The translations under genes and the position numbers were made by a program. This document shows positions 1 to 9,356 of a stretch of DNA of 56,513 bases, one piece after another (positions within the stretch are counted from its first letter, which is position 1; each line of letters opens with the position of its first letter). Source of the stretch: Actinomycetota bacterium (lineage in GTDB: Bacteria; Actinomycetota; JAUVYG01); the NCBI GenBank assembly GCA_030603185.1, contig JAUVYG010000002.1, positions 1-56,513 on the forward strand, in the 5' to 3' direction. Under the pieces are notes generated by a model. That model did not search any database, was not told where the DNA came from, and was given only the letters and a program-made list of their open reading frames with translations.

Positions 1-525
1 GGGTACATCTTGATGGGGTTCGCTGCCGCATCCGTTTTGGGTGCTGAATCACTACTGTTTTATCTGGTGGCCTACGCCATAGCGACCGCCGGAGCATTCT
101 TCGTGCTCGTAGCAGCTAGCACCAAAGTTGAGGCCGAGGAGGTTAGCGACCTTGCCGGACTTGCTCAGCGCCACCCTGGTCTAGCCTTGGTCATGGTTAT
201 TCTTGTGTTCAGCTTGGTGGGTATTCCGCCGCTTGCTGGATTCATCGCGAAGGTCTATCTGTTCGGAGCAGTGATCGACGCTGGTATGATCTGGCTCGCC
301 GTGATCGGAGTCTTGGCTACCGTGGCCTCTGTTGGTTACTACCTGAGGGTGGTAAGAGAGATGTACATCGTCGAGCCTACGGTAGAGGGGCACAACTTTA
401 CGCCAACTCTCAAGGTCGCATCATATACCGCTCTGTTTGCGACTATAGCTATCGGCATATTCTCTGCTCCGATCTATGATCTAGCGAAGAGCGCTGCATC
501 AGCACTTGGACTCGGTTCTGCCTAG
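1..525 (+). CDS. nuoN: NADH-quinone oxidoreductase subunit N, C-terminal fragment (5' end lies outside the window)
   Basis: Frame 1 is open from the window edge to the stop at 523-525. The hydrophobic polytopic sequence (...GIPPLAGFIAKVYLF...VGYYLRVVREMY) matches the conserved C-terminal helices of NuoN/ND2-type subunits. Confidence 0.8.
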   Translation, partial: GYILMGFAAASVLGAESLLFYLVAYAIATAGAFFVLVAASTKVEAEEVSDLAGLAQRHPGLALVMVILVFSLVGIPPLAGFIAKVYLFGAVIDAGMIWLAVIGVLATVASVGYYLRVVREMYIVEPTVEGHNFTPTLKVASYTALFATIAIGIFSAPIYDLAKSAASALGLGSA

Positions 526-576
526 GGACACTAGCCCATGCGTCAGGCTTTTGTGGCCTGTACGGCTCGTTGATCA

Positions 577-2649
577 GTGAGGAAGCCTTTTGCCATGATC
601 AGACGTAGAGTTCTGATACTTTGCCTGTGCACTCTTATCCACCTGATCGGTGCGACGGCGCTAGTATTGGGAGCCGAGAATGACCTCGTGTCTGTTAGTG
701 TGAATACTGATAAAGTATTCTACTCGCGATCTGAGATACTCAATATTGAGTCTAGCCTGAATAATTTCGCTGATACTCCACTTCAAGACATTCGCGCAGT
801 AGTCAGCATCGCGTCGCTTGATGTCCGGGCGGAGGATTTGAGGGGCGAGAAACACTTTTCGCAGACTCTCTTTGCTCAACCTACCGTTGCCCCGGGTCAA
901 CTAGAGATGATGATGCCACCCGTAAGCTTGGCACGTTGGCTTCCGGGGGTTGGCAGTTACATATTGACCGTGGATATTACATCTGAGAATGAGTCAATCA
1001 CCACCAGTCAGACCGCTGTGATGATCGAATCTCAGAGTCGAACCGATAATCCGTTGAGGGTCATGTTGGTATGGGATATTCACCAGAAAGCCACCTTCGG
1101 CCCAGACGGAGTCTACGGTAGCGATCGCGGCGGCGCCTTCTTCGGCAGTACAATCGAGAATCTATTGGTGCCGGCAGCCGAGGTGCGGATGCCTGTAGGC
1201 TACGGTGTGAGCCCACTTTCATTGATCCAAGCGGCTGAGGGTGGCAGCAGTACAACTGCCTACCCGGATATCCAGGACATTTCTGCACCGGATAGGTCGT
1301 TAGAAATATCCAGCGATGTGTACCTCTCGGAATTACAGGAGGGGGACAAGGGAACTACATTGCTTCGCGCATTAAGAGGCCTGCTATCCACCGATGACGC
1401 TGAGTATATTCAGTCCCCACTCGCTCATGCATCACTTGGAGATATGGCGGAATACGGTTGGCACAGCGATGTATTTCAGCAAATTGACAGAGGGCGAGAG
1501 GTGTCAGCTGGCATATTCGGAGATGATGTTTCTGAAGCAGCCATGGGGCGAGGGTACCTTCTTCCAGAGGGGGAGCTGAGTGCGTCAGTAATAGCCGATT
1601 TGGCAGCTAAGGATATCGGTTTTGCAATTGCCAGTGATAATTCATACAGCGGGGATGAGCGGATTCAGGCACGGCCCTATCTTGCGCGGGATACGGAGTC
1701 CAACGAACTTCCCGTAGTCTTCACGGACTCCAGGATAGATAGCCTCTTAGAAAATGCCGATGACACAGCTGACGCCAGAATCGTCATGGGGGCCCTACTT
1801 CAACAATATCTTGAGAGCTCAGACGATGATGGTAATCCCGATCCAGTCATAGCGTTATCGCCAGAATTCCGATCTGGTGCCGTAAAAGCACAGGCAGTTG
1901 CATACCTCTATCAGTTGATGGTCGAGGAGGGATGGATACTGCCTATAAGCCCAAGTGAGTTACTAGCGGACATTGATGATTCGACCCCAACATATATAGT
2001 CCGGGCCAGAGGGGTTGAGGGTAATCTGAGCTCACAGGATGAGTTCACTACCGAGATGATCTCGGCTCGCACTCTTCTGAAGTCCTTTTTGGATTCAGCT
2101 GAAGACAGTGAAACTGCTGCTGATCGGATGTGGCCGCTGATATATCTAGCGCAGGATACTAGCTGGAGGGGTAGCGACTTAGATGATCTCGGCATGAGTT
2201 ATGTTGGGGCTGTAACTGAGCTTGTTGACAACGAGTTCGAGCGAGTTTCGATGAACGTTCGTCCGGTTACTTTGACGTCCGAGACCGGAAAAATCCCCGT
2301 GGAGATTCGGAATGACTCCGATTACTCGCTCACTCTTCAGCTTGTAGCGAGTGGCTCAGGTATTCTTTTTCCAGAGGGTGCATCGAGAACGATTGATCTG
2401 CCTCCCGGCGCCGAGATTCAGTCCATAGCGGTTGAAGTTCAGTCCTTTACGCGAGAACCAGTTACTTTGACGCTATTGGCCGGAGAGCATGTTATCGGCG
2501 TAAAGGAACTTGCCGTTTCCGGCAACTCGATCTACGTTGTGCTGACCGTCGTCGCACTTGCAGTCATTTTGCTTGGTGCCGCCTTTGTTTTGGTGGTCAA
2601 GTATCGCCGTGGCGGGGTCGGGCAGCGAGTCAGTCGCGGTGAGGATTAG
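577..2649 (+). CDS. Large secreted/membrane-anchored protein, DUF6049-like (Rv3909-like) by position and architecture
   Basis: 690-aa ORF with an N-terminal signal/TM segment (LILCLCTLIHLIGATALVLGA) and a C-terminal TM anchor (VVLTVVALAVILLGAAFVLVV) plus basic tail. It abuts murJ with a 0-nt gap, as DUF6049 proteins do in actinobacteria. The family call rests on context, not a motif. The start could be GTG 577 or ATG 595. Confidence 0.5.
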   Translation: MRKPFAMIRRRVLILCLCTLIHLIGATALVLGAENDLVSVSVNTDKVFYSRSEILNIESSLNNFADTPLQDIRAVVSIASLDVRAEDLRGEKHFSQTLFAQPTVAPGQLEMMMPPVSLARWLPGVGSYILTVDITSENESITTSQTAVMIESQSRTDNPLRVMLVWDIHQKATFGPDGVYGSDRGGAFFGSTIENLLVPAAEVRMPVGYGVSPLSLIQAAEGGSSTTAYPDIQDISAPDRSLEISSDVYLSELQEGDKGTTLLRALRGLLSTDDAEYIQSPLAHASLGDMAEYGWHSDVFQQIDRGREVSAGIFGDDVSEAAMGRGYLLPEGELSASVIADLAAKDIGFAIASDNSYSGDERIQARPYLARDTESNELPVVFTDSRIDSLLENADDTADARIVMGALLQQYLESSDDDGNPDPVIALSPEFRSGAVKAQAVAYLYQLMVEEGWILPISPSELLADIDDSTPTYIVRARGVEGNLSSQDEFTTEMISARTLLKSFLDSAEDSETAADRMWPLIYLAQDTSWRGSDLDDLGMSYVGAVTELVDNEFERVSMNVRPVTLTSETGKIPVEIRNDSDYSLTLQLVASGSGILFPEGASRTIDLPPGAEIQSIAVEVQSFTREPVTLTLLAGEHVIGVKELAVSGNSIYVVLTVVALAVILLGAAFVLVVKYRRGGVGQRVSRGED

Positions 2650-4302
2650 TTGGAGCCTTCAGATATTCAATCGCTAAAGGGAGACCTTAAAGACGAGACC
2701 AAAGCGGTTGGTAGAGCGGCGGGTCTGATGACCGTTGCTGTTGCCCTAAGTAGGGTCACTGGATACCTGCGGATTTTTGCTTTGGCCTATGCACTTGGTA
2801 TCGGGCTTGAAAGCGCGACACCGAACGCATACAACCTGGCAAATGTGATGCCAAATATGTTCTACGAGCTTCTAGCCGGTGCAATTCTTGCGTCGGTATT
2901 GATCCCTATATTTACCAAGCACTTGATCGCCAACGAAAAGGCAGAGGCATGGGCTCTGGTCAATACGATCACGAACCTGGCTCTTTTGGTCCTTGGAGCG
3001 ATCGTGGTTTTGGCCATCTTTTTCCCTCAACCATTTGTCTATACGCAAACGTTTCTTAGTCAGGGCGCGGCTCCTATCGACGAGATCACATTCTTTTTCC
3101 GTATATTCGCTCCCCAGATCGTGTTCTACGCCATCGCAGCTATCTACTCTGCGATTCTTTTCTCACACAAAAAATTCTTTGTGGCGACCATTGCGCCTGT
3201 ACTCAACAACCTCACTGTCATCTTCACGGTCATGGTCCTGTATGTTCCTTTCTCAAAGGGGGACCCTGAACTTGGTCTCTGGATCCTTGCTCTGGGTACT
3301 ACCATGGGAGTGGTTGTGATGACTCTGGTCATGATGCCTGCTGTGATCAAGCTCGGTCTAAAATACAGTCCGTCCATCAACCTTAGACATCCGTCTATGG
3401 CGAAATTCGGAGCCATGGCCCTACCAGTGTTGGCATTCGTGGGGCTCAATCAGATAGGGCTGACGGTACTCAACAATATGGCAATTCAATTCCCGGGTGG
3501 AATCTCGGCCTACCAATATGCTTGGCCTTTGTTTCAGCTGACCTATGCCGTGCTCTCGTATCCGATATCTAACGCGCTGTTTCCCTACCTGTCTGAGCAC
3601 AGCGCCAAGAACGATATGCCTGCATTTCGAGAGCAAGTATCTCTAGGTGTGAGAACTATCGGCTACCTGCTCATACCCGCAACTCTGGTTGTATTCGTTC
3701 TCAGCTTCCCACTAGTAAGATTGTTGCTTGAGCATGGGACCTTCGCAGCAGAGCTTGGAGCCACTGCCATGACAGCCGGAATGCTACAGGGACTTGCTCT
3801 TGGAATATTCTCATTCAGCCTCTGGATGTTTGTGACCAAGGTCTTCTATGCCCTACATGACACCGTCTCCCCCATGTGGGTGACGGGGGTGGGCACCGCA
3901 ATATTGGTTGGACTGATATTTGCGCTGGTATCCACCTTTGGTGTTGTAGGGATTGCGTACGCTCACTCCATCCAGTACTTGGTCACGGGGACTCTCCTCC
4001 TCGTCGTACTTCGAAGAAAGATCGGAAACATAGACGGCCATGCGATTGTTTGGTCCTTGTCCAGACAGATCGTAGCGGCGCTATTTGCCGCAGGTATGGC
4101 ATGGGTTGTCAGTGTAGGCATTGTTGAGCTTCTGGGCTTGGATCTGCTCGTGTACCAGATGCTTGAGGTGATAGCGTCCCTGATAGCGGCCATGGTGACC
4201 TATGTTGTGATCACTAGATTCCTTAACTTGCCCGAGCTTGCGTTTGTAGCTGGATTCGTACCCGGACTGGGTCGACTGGTAAGACTCAAGACCGCTGCAT
4301 AG
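2650..4302 (+). CDS. murJ: Lipid II flippase MurJ/MviN
   Basis: 550-aa polytopic membrane protein with a TTG start. The N-terminal ...AAGLMTVAVALSRVTGYLRIFALAYALG... and overall MOP-superfamily layout are typical of MurJ. Confidence 0.9.
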   Translation: MEPSDIQSLKGDLKDETKAVGRAAGLMTVAVALSRVTGYLRIFALAYALGIGLESATPNAYNLANVMPNMFYELLAGAILASVLIPIFTKHLIANEKAEAWALVNTITNLALLVLGAIVVLAIFFPQPFVYTQTFLSQGAAPIDEITFFFRIFAPQIVFYAIAAIYSAILFSHKKFFVATIAPVLNNLTVIFTVMVLYVPFSKGDPELGLWILALGTTMGVVVMTLVMMPAVIKLGLKYSPSINLRHPSMAKFGAMALPVLAFVGLNQIGLTVLNNMAIQFPGGISAYQYAWPLFQLTYAVLSYPISNALFPYLSEHSAKNDMPAFREQVSLGVRTIGYLLIPATLVVFVLSFPLVRLLLEHGTFAAELGATAMTAGMLQGLALGIFSFSLWMFVTKVFYALHDTVSPMWVTGVGTAILVGLIFALVSTFGVVGIAYAHSIQYLVTGTLLLVVLRRKIGNIDGHAIVWSLSRQIVAALFAAGMAWVVSVGIVELLGLDLLVYQMLEVIASLIAAMVTYVVITRFLNLPELAFVAGFVPGLGRLVRLKTAA

Positions 4303-4317
4303 GTATAATGCAATTCA

Positions 4318-5415
4318 ATGGTGACTAATAAAGTAGCGCGAAAAAAAACGTACGTACTGGACACTAACGTCCTACTTACCAGCCCCAACGTCCTTGAGGA
4401 GATCAGGAACGCAGACATAGTGCTGCCATCCGTGGTGTTGCAAGAGCTCGATAAACTCAAGGTCGGCAGAGGGGATCCAGAAACCCGGTATAGGGGGCGC
4501 GTAGTGACGCGTGCCCTATTTGAGCTTTCTGAAAAGGGCAACTTGGCGGAGGGGGTGCCACTACTGGGGGGCTCGTCCCTAAGAGTGGTCGAAGTGAACT
4601 CGGGGGATGCGGACCTTCCGGCATCCATTCGATCAAAGAATGCCGACGACCAAGTCCTAGGTGCAGCCTACAATCTTAGTAAAGACCCAGAACGCCACGT
4701 CATACTGCGCACCAATGATCTGAACATGCTTCTCAAGGCTCAATCGCTGGGATTTGAGGTTGAGCGTAGCGCCGAGATTGAAGTCAAGAGTTTTTGGTCT
4801 GCCGTCAGCAGGCGTTGGAATAGTCAGATATTTCCTGTCCTGGTCATAGTTGTAATGGTGATACTTGCCGGATTCATGTACGCGCTAGTAGATACGATCG
4901 GAGATCAGCAGACGACGACCGTTGCTGGCAGGGGGATCGCCCAGGCGGATCAGACTCAGCAGCTGATCGCTCAATATGAGGAGCGCATAGCCAATAACCC
5001 GCAAGATATTGAGGCCCTGGTCGAGGTAGGTGTCTTGTATCAATCACAGAACAGGTGGACTCTGGCTGCAGAAAGCTACGAAAGGGCCGTTTTGCTCAAT
5101 CCGAGGGATCCTGATGTTAGGACATTCCTGGCCATTGCGTACTTCAACTCAGGCAGCCAGTCGCTGGCAATTGATGTCCTGAACCAGGTTCTCTCGGAAG
5201 ATTTTAATTATGCTTCGGCTCACTACAACCTAGGGTCGATGTACTACCATCAAGGTCGAGTCGCAACAGAAGCTCAGCGAGAGACGGATGCGAATGAGTT
5301 CTACCTCAAAGCCCAGAAAGAGTTGAATATACTCATCGAACTTGAGCCTGATGGGGATTTTACTAATGACGCGAAGATACAGCTCGAGGATTTGGAAAGG
5401 CAGATTCAAGGGTAG
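4318..5415 (+). CDS. PIN-domain (YacL/PhoH-N-like) protein fused to one TM helix and C-terminal TPR repeats
   Basis: The N-terminus YVLDTNVLL...VVLQELDKLK...ADDQVLGAAY...VILRTNDLNMLLKAQSLG carries the acidic PIN signature. One TM helix follows (IFPVLVIVVMVILAGFMYALV), then TPR-like repeats (...PQDIEALVEVGVLYQSQNRWTLAAESYERAVLLNPRDPD...). Confidence 0.65.
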   Translation: MVTNKVARKKTYVLDTNVLLTSPNVLEEIRNADIVLPSVVLQELDKLKVGRGDPETRYRGRVVTRALFELSEKGNLAEGVPLLGGSSLRVVEVNSGDADLPASIRSKNADDQVLGAAYNLSKDPERHVILRTNDLNMLLKAQSLGFEVERSAEIEVKSFWSAVSRRWNSQIFPVLVIVVMVILAGFMYALVDTIGDQQTTTVAGRGIAQADQTQQLIAQYEERIANNPQDIEALVEVGVLYQSQNRWTLAAESYERAVLLNPRDPDVRTFLAIAYFNSGSQSLAIDVLNQVLSEDFNYASAHYNLGSMYYHQGRVATEAQRETDANEFYLKAQKELNILIELEPDGDFTNDAKIQLEDLERQIQG

Positions 5416-5454
5416 AATGTAGCTCGAGCGTCTATTGATTGAGGTGAAAATGCA

Positions 5455-6432
5455 GTGAGCGAACGAATTGATATTGCGGTGATCGGAGCCGGACCAGCTG
5501 GGCTTAACGCAGGCCTTTACGCCGCCAGGGCCAGGCTGGCCGTGGCGGTATTTGAGAGAGGGTCCCCTGGTGGACAGGTTTTAACCACCAGCGAGGTAGA
5601 GAACTACTTGGGGTTCGAGAGTATTTCCGGGCCCGAATTGGCACAGACTTTTGAGACTCATGCCCGAAACTCTGGGGCGGACATCAGGCACTTTGTTGAT
5701 GTCGAAAAGATTCTTCCTGCCACTGACCCTTTAGTTGGTCATGAGATTGTCACCGGAGAGGGGTCTGTATTCGCTGGCGCTGTGATCATTGTCACAGGCG
5801 CGTCTCCCAATAAGCTTGGAGTACCCGGCGAAGAGCAGTTCGCCGGACGCGGGGTCTCATACTGCGCAACTTGTGATGGAAATTTTTTCAGAGGTAAGAA
5901 TGTAGCGGTTATCGGTGGGGGAGACACAGCGGTAGAGGACGCACTGTATCTGTCCCACATTGTCGGGAATGTGACGGTTGTCCATCGCCGTGACGAGCTG
6001 AGAGCACAGAAAGTGCTCCAGGAGCGTCTATTTGAGCGGAGCAATGTCGAATTTGCCTGGAATTCCAAATTGGGCGAGGTCAAGGGGGACGATATCAGCG
6101 TGACCGGTATCGCATTGACTGACCCGGACGGCAACTCATCGACCAGTATTGATGTGCACGGTGTTTTCGTTGCGGTCGGATTGAAGCCCAATACCCAAGT
6201 CGTGCCTGATGGCGTGAAGATGGAAGACGGTTGGGTGATCACCGACCAGAGGATGCATACCAACATCCCGGGGTTGTTCGCAGCTGGTGACATACGCCAG
6301 AACGCGCTAAAACAGATATCGGTCTCGGTTGGCGAGTCTGCGGTGGCCGCAACAGAGGCCGGGCGCTATTTGGATGAGATCGGTTGGGATACGGTAGGAA
6401 TCAAGGTCGATGCCGAAGAAGCGGTGTCCTGA
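5455..6432 (+). CDS. trxB: Thioredoxin-disulfide reductase
   Basis: GTG start. Contains the FAD motif VIGAGPAGLNAG, the redox-active CATC (VSYCATCDGNFF), a second dinucleotide motif VIGGGDTAVEDA, and C-terminal GLFAAGD. Confidence 0.92.
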   Translation: MSERIDIAVIGAGPAGLNAGLYAARARLAVAVFERGSPGGQVLTTSEVENYLGFESISGPELAQTFETHARNSGADIRHFVDVEKILPATDPLVGHEIVTGEGSVFAGAVIIVTGASPNKLGVPGEEQFAGRGVSYCATCDGNFFRGKNVAVIGGGDTAVEDALYLSHIVGNVTVVHRRDELRAQKVLQERLFERSNVEFAWNSKLGEVKGDDISVTGIALTDPDGNSSTSIDVHGVFVAVGLKPNTQVVPDGVKMEDGWVITDQRMHTNIPGLFAAGDIRQNALKQISVSVGESAVAATEAGRYLDEIGWDTVGIKVDAEEAVS

Positions 6433-6468
6433 ACCACGAAGAGATAGCTACAGAAAGGACGTGGACGT

Positions 6469-6657
6469 ATGTGCCAGGCGCGAGTCGTACTTTTAGACGG
6501 AGATGAAGAAAAAGAGCCGATGAAGGAAGTCGTCAAAGTTGTTCCCGGCGGAGCTGGGATGGTGTTGACGGATATTCTTGGTGACACGCTTGAGATCAAT
6601 GCCCATCTTGCCGAAGTGCTGATGGACCCATTCACTGTGGTGCTGAAGGGTAACTAG
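6469..6657 (+). CDS. CooT-family small protein (putative Ni-binding / formerly 'predicted RNA-binding')
   Basis: 62 aa starting MCQARVVLL... The invariant Met-Cys N-terminus and the beta-rich pattern (V..V....G.V.LTD.LG....I...L..V) resemble CooT (PF10133-type) proteins. Confidence 0.55.
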   Translation: MCQARVVLLDGDEEKEPMKEVVKVVPGGAGMVLTDILGDTLEINAHLAEVLMDPFTVVLKGN

Positions 6658-6702
6658 CCCGAGCTCGTAAAGACCCTTTATTAGCTGAATAGTTCTGGAT
6701 AT

Positions 6703-6736
6703 GAGGCCCGGCTGACTGCAGCCGGGCCTCTGTTGT
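6703..6736 (+). terminator. Intrinsic-terminator-like hairpin downstream of the trxB/CooT-like unit
   Basis: Perfect 12-bp GC-rich stem, GAGGCCCGGCTG (6703-6714) pairing with CAGCCGGGCCTC (6719-6730), with a 4-nt loop. It is followed by TGTTGT, a weak U-tract. Confidence 0.6.
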
Positions 6737-6808
6737 CGGTAGCCCTAGGCCAATGTACCTGGCGTTCTAGCCAAGCATGACAGACATAATGCGTTCAGCA
6801 GCAGCAAA

Positions 6809-6829
6809 CTTGATAGTCGGACTATCAAC
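6809..6829. promoter_or_regulatory. HAIR-like inverted repeat (candidate HspR operator) upstream of dnaK
   Basis: CTTGATA-GTCGGAC-TATCAAC has the same 7-N7-7 geometry as the HAIR consensus CTTGAGT-N7-ACTCAAG. The core TTGATAGTC-g-GACTATCAA is a perfect 9-bp palindrome. It lies about 90 nt upstream of dnaK, with a TAGAAT -10-like hexamer at 6856-6861. hspR is encoded in the same operon. Confidence 0.55.
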
Positions 6830-6915
6830 TAAGTGTAACTTGGTAGATTTTGGGGTAGAATCTACTAGCAAACAGTATGAAGGTGCCTATAAGTAGGCAT
6901 GCGAAAGGAGAGAAT

Positions 6916-8772
6916 ATGGCAAAAGCTGTTGGAATCGATCTAGGAACAACCAACTCGGTGGTATCCGTTCTTGAAGGCGGAGAACCTACCGTTATTGCAA
7001 ACTCTGAAGGTGGTCGTACAACTCCTTCAGTAGTTGCATTTTCAAAGACCGGGGAAGTTCTGGTTGGTGAGGTCGCGAAAAGGCAGGCGATCACCAATCC
7101 TGAGATGACCATTCGTTCCGTCAAACGTCATATGGGTTCGTCATGGTCCATCGACGCGCAGGACAAAAAGTTCACCCCTCAGCAGATATCTGCGTTCGTG
7201 CTCCAGAAGCTAAAGCGTGACGCAGAGTCCTATCTTGGTGATGAGGTAACGGACGCGGTAATCACTGTGCCCGCATACTTTGATGATGCTCAGAGAACTG
7301 CTACCGAAGAGGCAGGCAAGATCGCCGGTCTTAACGTTCTTCGTATTATCAACGAGCCTACAGCCGCATCTTTGGCTTACGGCCTGAACCAGGAAGACAG
7401 TGAGCAGACTATTCTGGTTTTCGATCTTGGCGGCGGTACTTTTGATGTATCCGTACTTGAGATCGCCGAGGGCGTATTCGAGGTCAAGTCGACTTCCGGT
7501 AACACCAAGCTTGGTGGCGACGACTGGGATGAACGGATCATTGATTGGATGGTCAGCGATTTTAAGGGTAAGACCACTATCGATCTGAGCAAGGATGCCA
7601 TGGCTATGCAGCGCCTCCTAGAGGCAGCGGAGAAGGCTAAGATCGAGCTAAGCTCTGTGATGCAGACCAATATCAACCTTCCATTCGTCACCGCAACTGC
7701 TGAGGGTCCACAGCATCTCGACATGAGTCTATCCCGTTCTGAGTTTGAGAAGATGACTGCTGATCTTGTTGAGAAGGCTAAGATACCCTTCCAGCAGGCT
7801 CTTAAGGACGCAGGTCTCGGAATGGATGCCATTGATCATGTGATCATGGTCGGAGGCTCCACGAGAATGCCGATGGTCCAAGATCTGATCAAGGGCCTCA
7901 CCGGCGGTAGGGATCCACATAAGGGTGTCAACCCGGATGAGGTTGTTGCCATTGGGGCCGCAGTTCAGGCAGGTGTCCTGAGGGGTGAAGTCAAAGACAT
8001 TCTATTGCTGGATGTGACTCCACTTTCCTTGGGGCTAGAGACCCTTGGTGGGGTCTTCACTAAGCTAATCGATCGCAATACGACAATTCCTACCCGAAAG
8101 TCTGAGGTATTCACAACTGCTCAGGACAATCAGGCATCGGTAGAGGTGCATGTACTTCAAGGTGAGAGAGAGATGGCACAGGGCAATAAGACCCTAGGGC
8201 GCTTCCACCTTGACGGCATCCCACCTGCCCCTCGTGGCGTTCCGCAGGTCGAGGTCTCATTCGATATCGATGCAAACGGTATTGTGCATGTAAGCGCCAA
8301 GGATCTGGGTACTGGAAAAGAGCAAAAGATCACTGTCACCGGAGCCACCAAGCTTTCTGACGACGACATTCAGTCGATGGTAGATCAGGCAGAGGCACAT
8401 GCTGAAGAGGACAAGAACAGACGGGATGAGGTCGAGGTCCGCAATAACGCTGACACCCTGGTCTATACCTCCGAAAAGTCTCTCAAGGAAGCTGGCGATA
8501 AGGTTCCAGAGGAAGATAGAAAGGCTATCGAAGAGGGAATCGAGAAGGTAAAGGGAGCCCTAGCAGGCACTGACGTCGAAGTCGTCAAGACCGAAATGCA
8601 GTCCCTTGTAGAAAGCTCCCACAAACTTGCAGAGATTCTGTATCAGCAGGCGGATGAAGGCCAGGCTGATGGTGCTGAAGGCACAGCGGATGGTGACTCT
8701 GCAGCGGAATCTGAGGATGATGTGACCGATGTGGAGGTCGTAGAGGACGATGACAATGAGAAGACTGCGTAG
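6916..8772 (+). CDS. dnaK: Molecular chaperone DnaK (Hsp70)
   Basis: [14 protein letters not shown]..., [10 protein letters not shown] and VGGSTRMP motifs. Start placed at ATG 6916, preceded by GAAAGGAGAG. The track ORF begins 13 codons earlier. Confidence 0.97.
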   Translation: MAKAVGIDLGTTNSVVSVLEGGEPTVIANSEGGRTTPSVVAFSKTGEVLVGEVAKRQAITNPEMTIRSVKRHMGSSWSIDAQDKKFTPQQISAFVLQKLKRDAESYLGDEVTDAVITVPAYFDDAQRTATEEAGKIAGLNVLRIINEPTAASLAYGLNQEDSEQTILVFDLGGGTFDVSVLEIAEGVFEVKSTSGNTKLGGDDWDERIIDWMVSDFKGKTTIDLSKDAMAMQRLLEAAEKAKIELSSVMQTNINLPFVTATAEGPQHLDMSLSRSEFEKMTADLVEKAKIPFQQALKDAGLGMDAIDHVIMVGGSTRMPMVQDLIKGLTGGRDPHKGVNPDEVVAIGAAVQAGVLRGEVKDILLLDVTPLSLGLETLGGVFTKLIDRNTTIPTRKSEVFTTAQDNQASVEVHVLQGEREMAQGNKTLGRFHLDGIPPAPRGVPQVEVSFDIDANGIVHVSAKDLGTGKEQKITVTGATKLSDDDIQSMVDQAEAHAEEDKNRRDEVEVRNNADTLVYTSEKSLKEAGDKVPEEDRKAIEEGIEKVKGALAGTDVEVVKTEMQSLVESSHKLAEILYQQADEGQADGAEGTADGDSAAESEDDVTDVEVVEDDDNEKTA

Positions 8773-8783
8773 GACGGTCAGCA

Positions 8784-9323
8784 ATGAACAAGACTGATGA
8801 GACACCTGACGAGGCTGTAGAGCAGACTGACGCTGGGCTTGTATCTGAGGATACTGAGGTAGGGGATGATACCCCCACTGAGACTGTGACCGAGGTTGAC
8901 AAGGCTCAAGAGTACCTTGAGTCCCTGCAGCGCTTGCAGGCCGAATTCGACAACTATCGAAAGCGTGTCATTAGCGAGCAGGCGGGTATTGCTACGAGGG
9001 CGAATTCCAGCCTTATTGAGAAGCTGCTTCCGCTTTTGGACAGTTTTGAGCGAGCTGTCTTTGTCGCTGAGAAGACCAAGGACGCTGAGGGGCTTATCAA
9101 GGGAACTGAAATGGTCTACGCCGAGTTCCTTGCAACTCTTGAAAAAGAGGGGCTAGAAGAGATCAAGGCGGATGATCTCCCCTTCGATCCCAGCGTTCAT
9201 GAGGCCGTCATGGAGGTCGAGTCCGCCGACCATGAATCGGGCCACGTCGTCGACGTGCTTCGAAAAGGGTATCGGGTCGGAGATAGAATGATCAGGGCGT
9301 CAATGGTTAAGGTTTCGACCTAA
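8784..9323 (+). CDS. grpE: Nucleotide exchange factor GrpE
   Basis: Acidic N-terminus, then ...LQRLQAEFDNYRKR... and the C-terminal beta domain ...PFDPSVHEAV...GYRVGDRMIRASMVKV, typical of GrpE. Lies between dnaK and dnaJ. Confidence 0.9.
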   Translation: MNKTDETPDEAVEQTDAGLVSEDTEVGDDTPTETVTEVDKAQEYLESLQRLQAEFDNYRKRVISEQAGIATRANSSLIEKLLPLLDSFERAVFVAEKTKDAEGLIKGTEMVYAEFLATLEKEGLEEIKADDLPFDPSVHEAVMEVESADHESGHVVDVLRKGYRVGDRMIRASMVKVST

Positions 9324-9356
9324 CCATAGGCCCCTACTTGTCGGAAGGGTGCGCCC

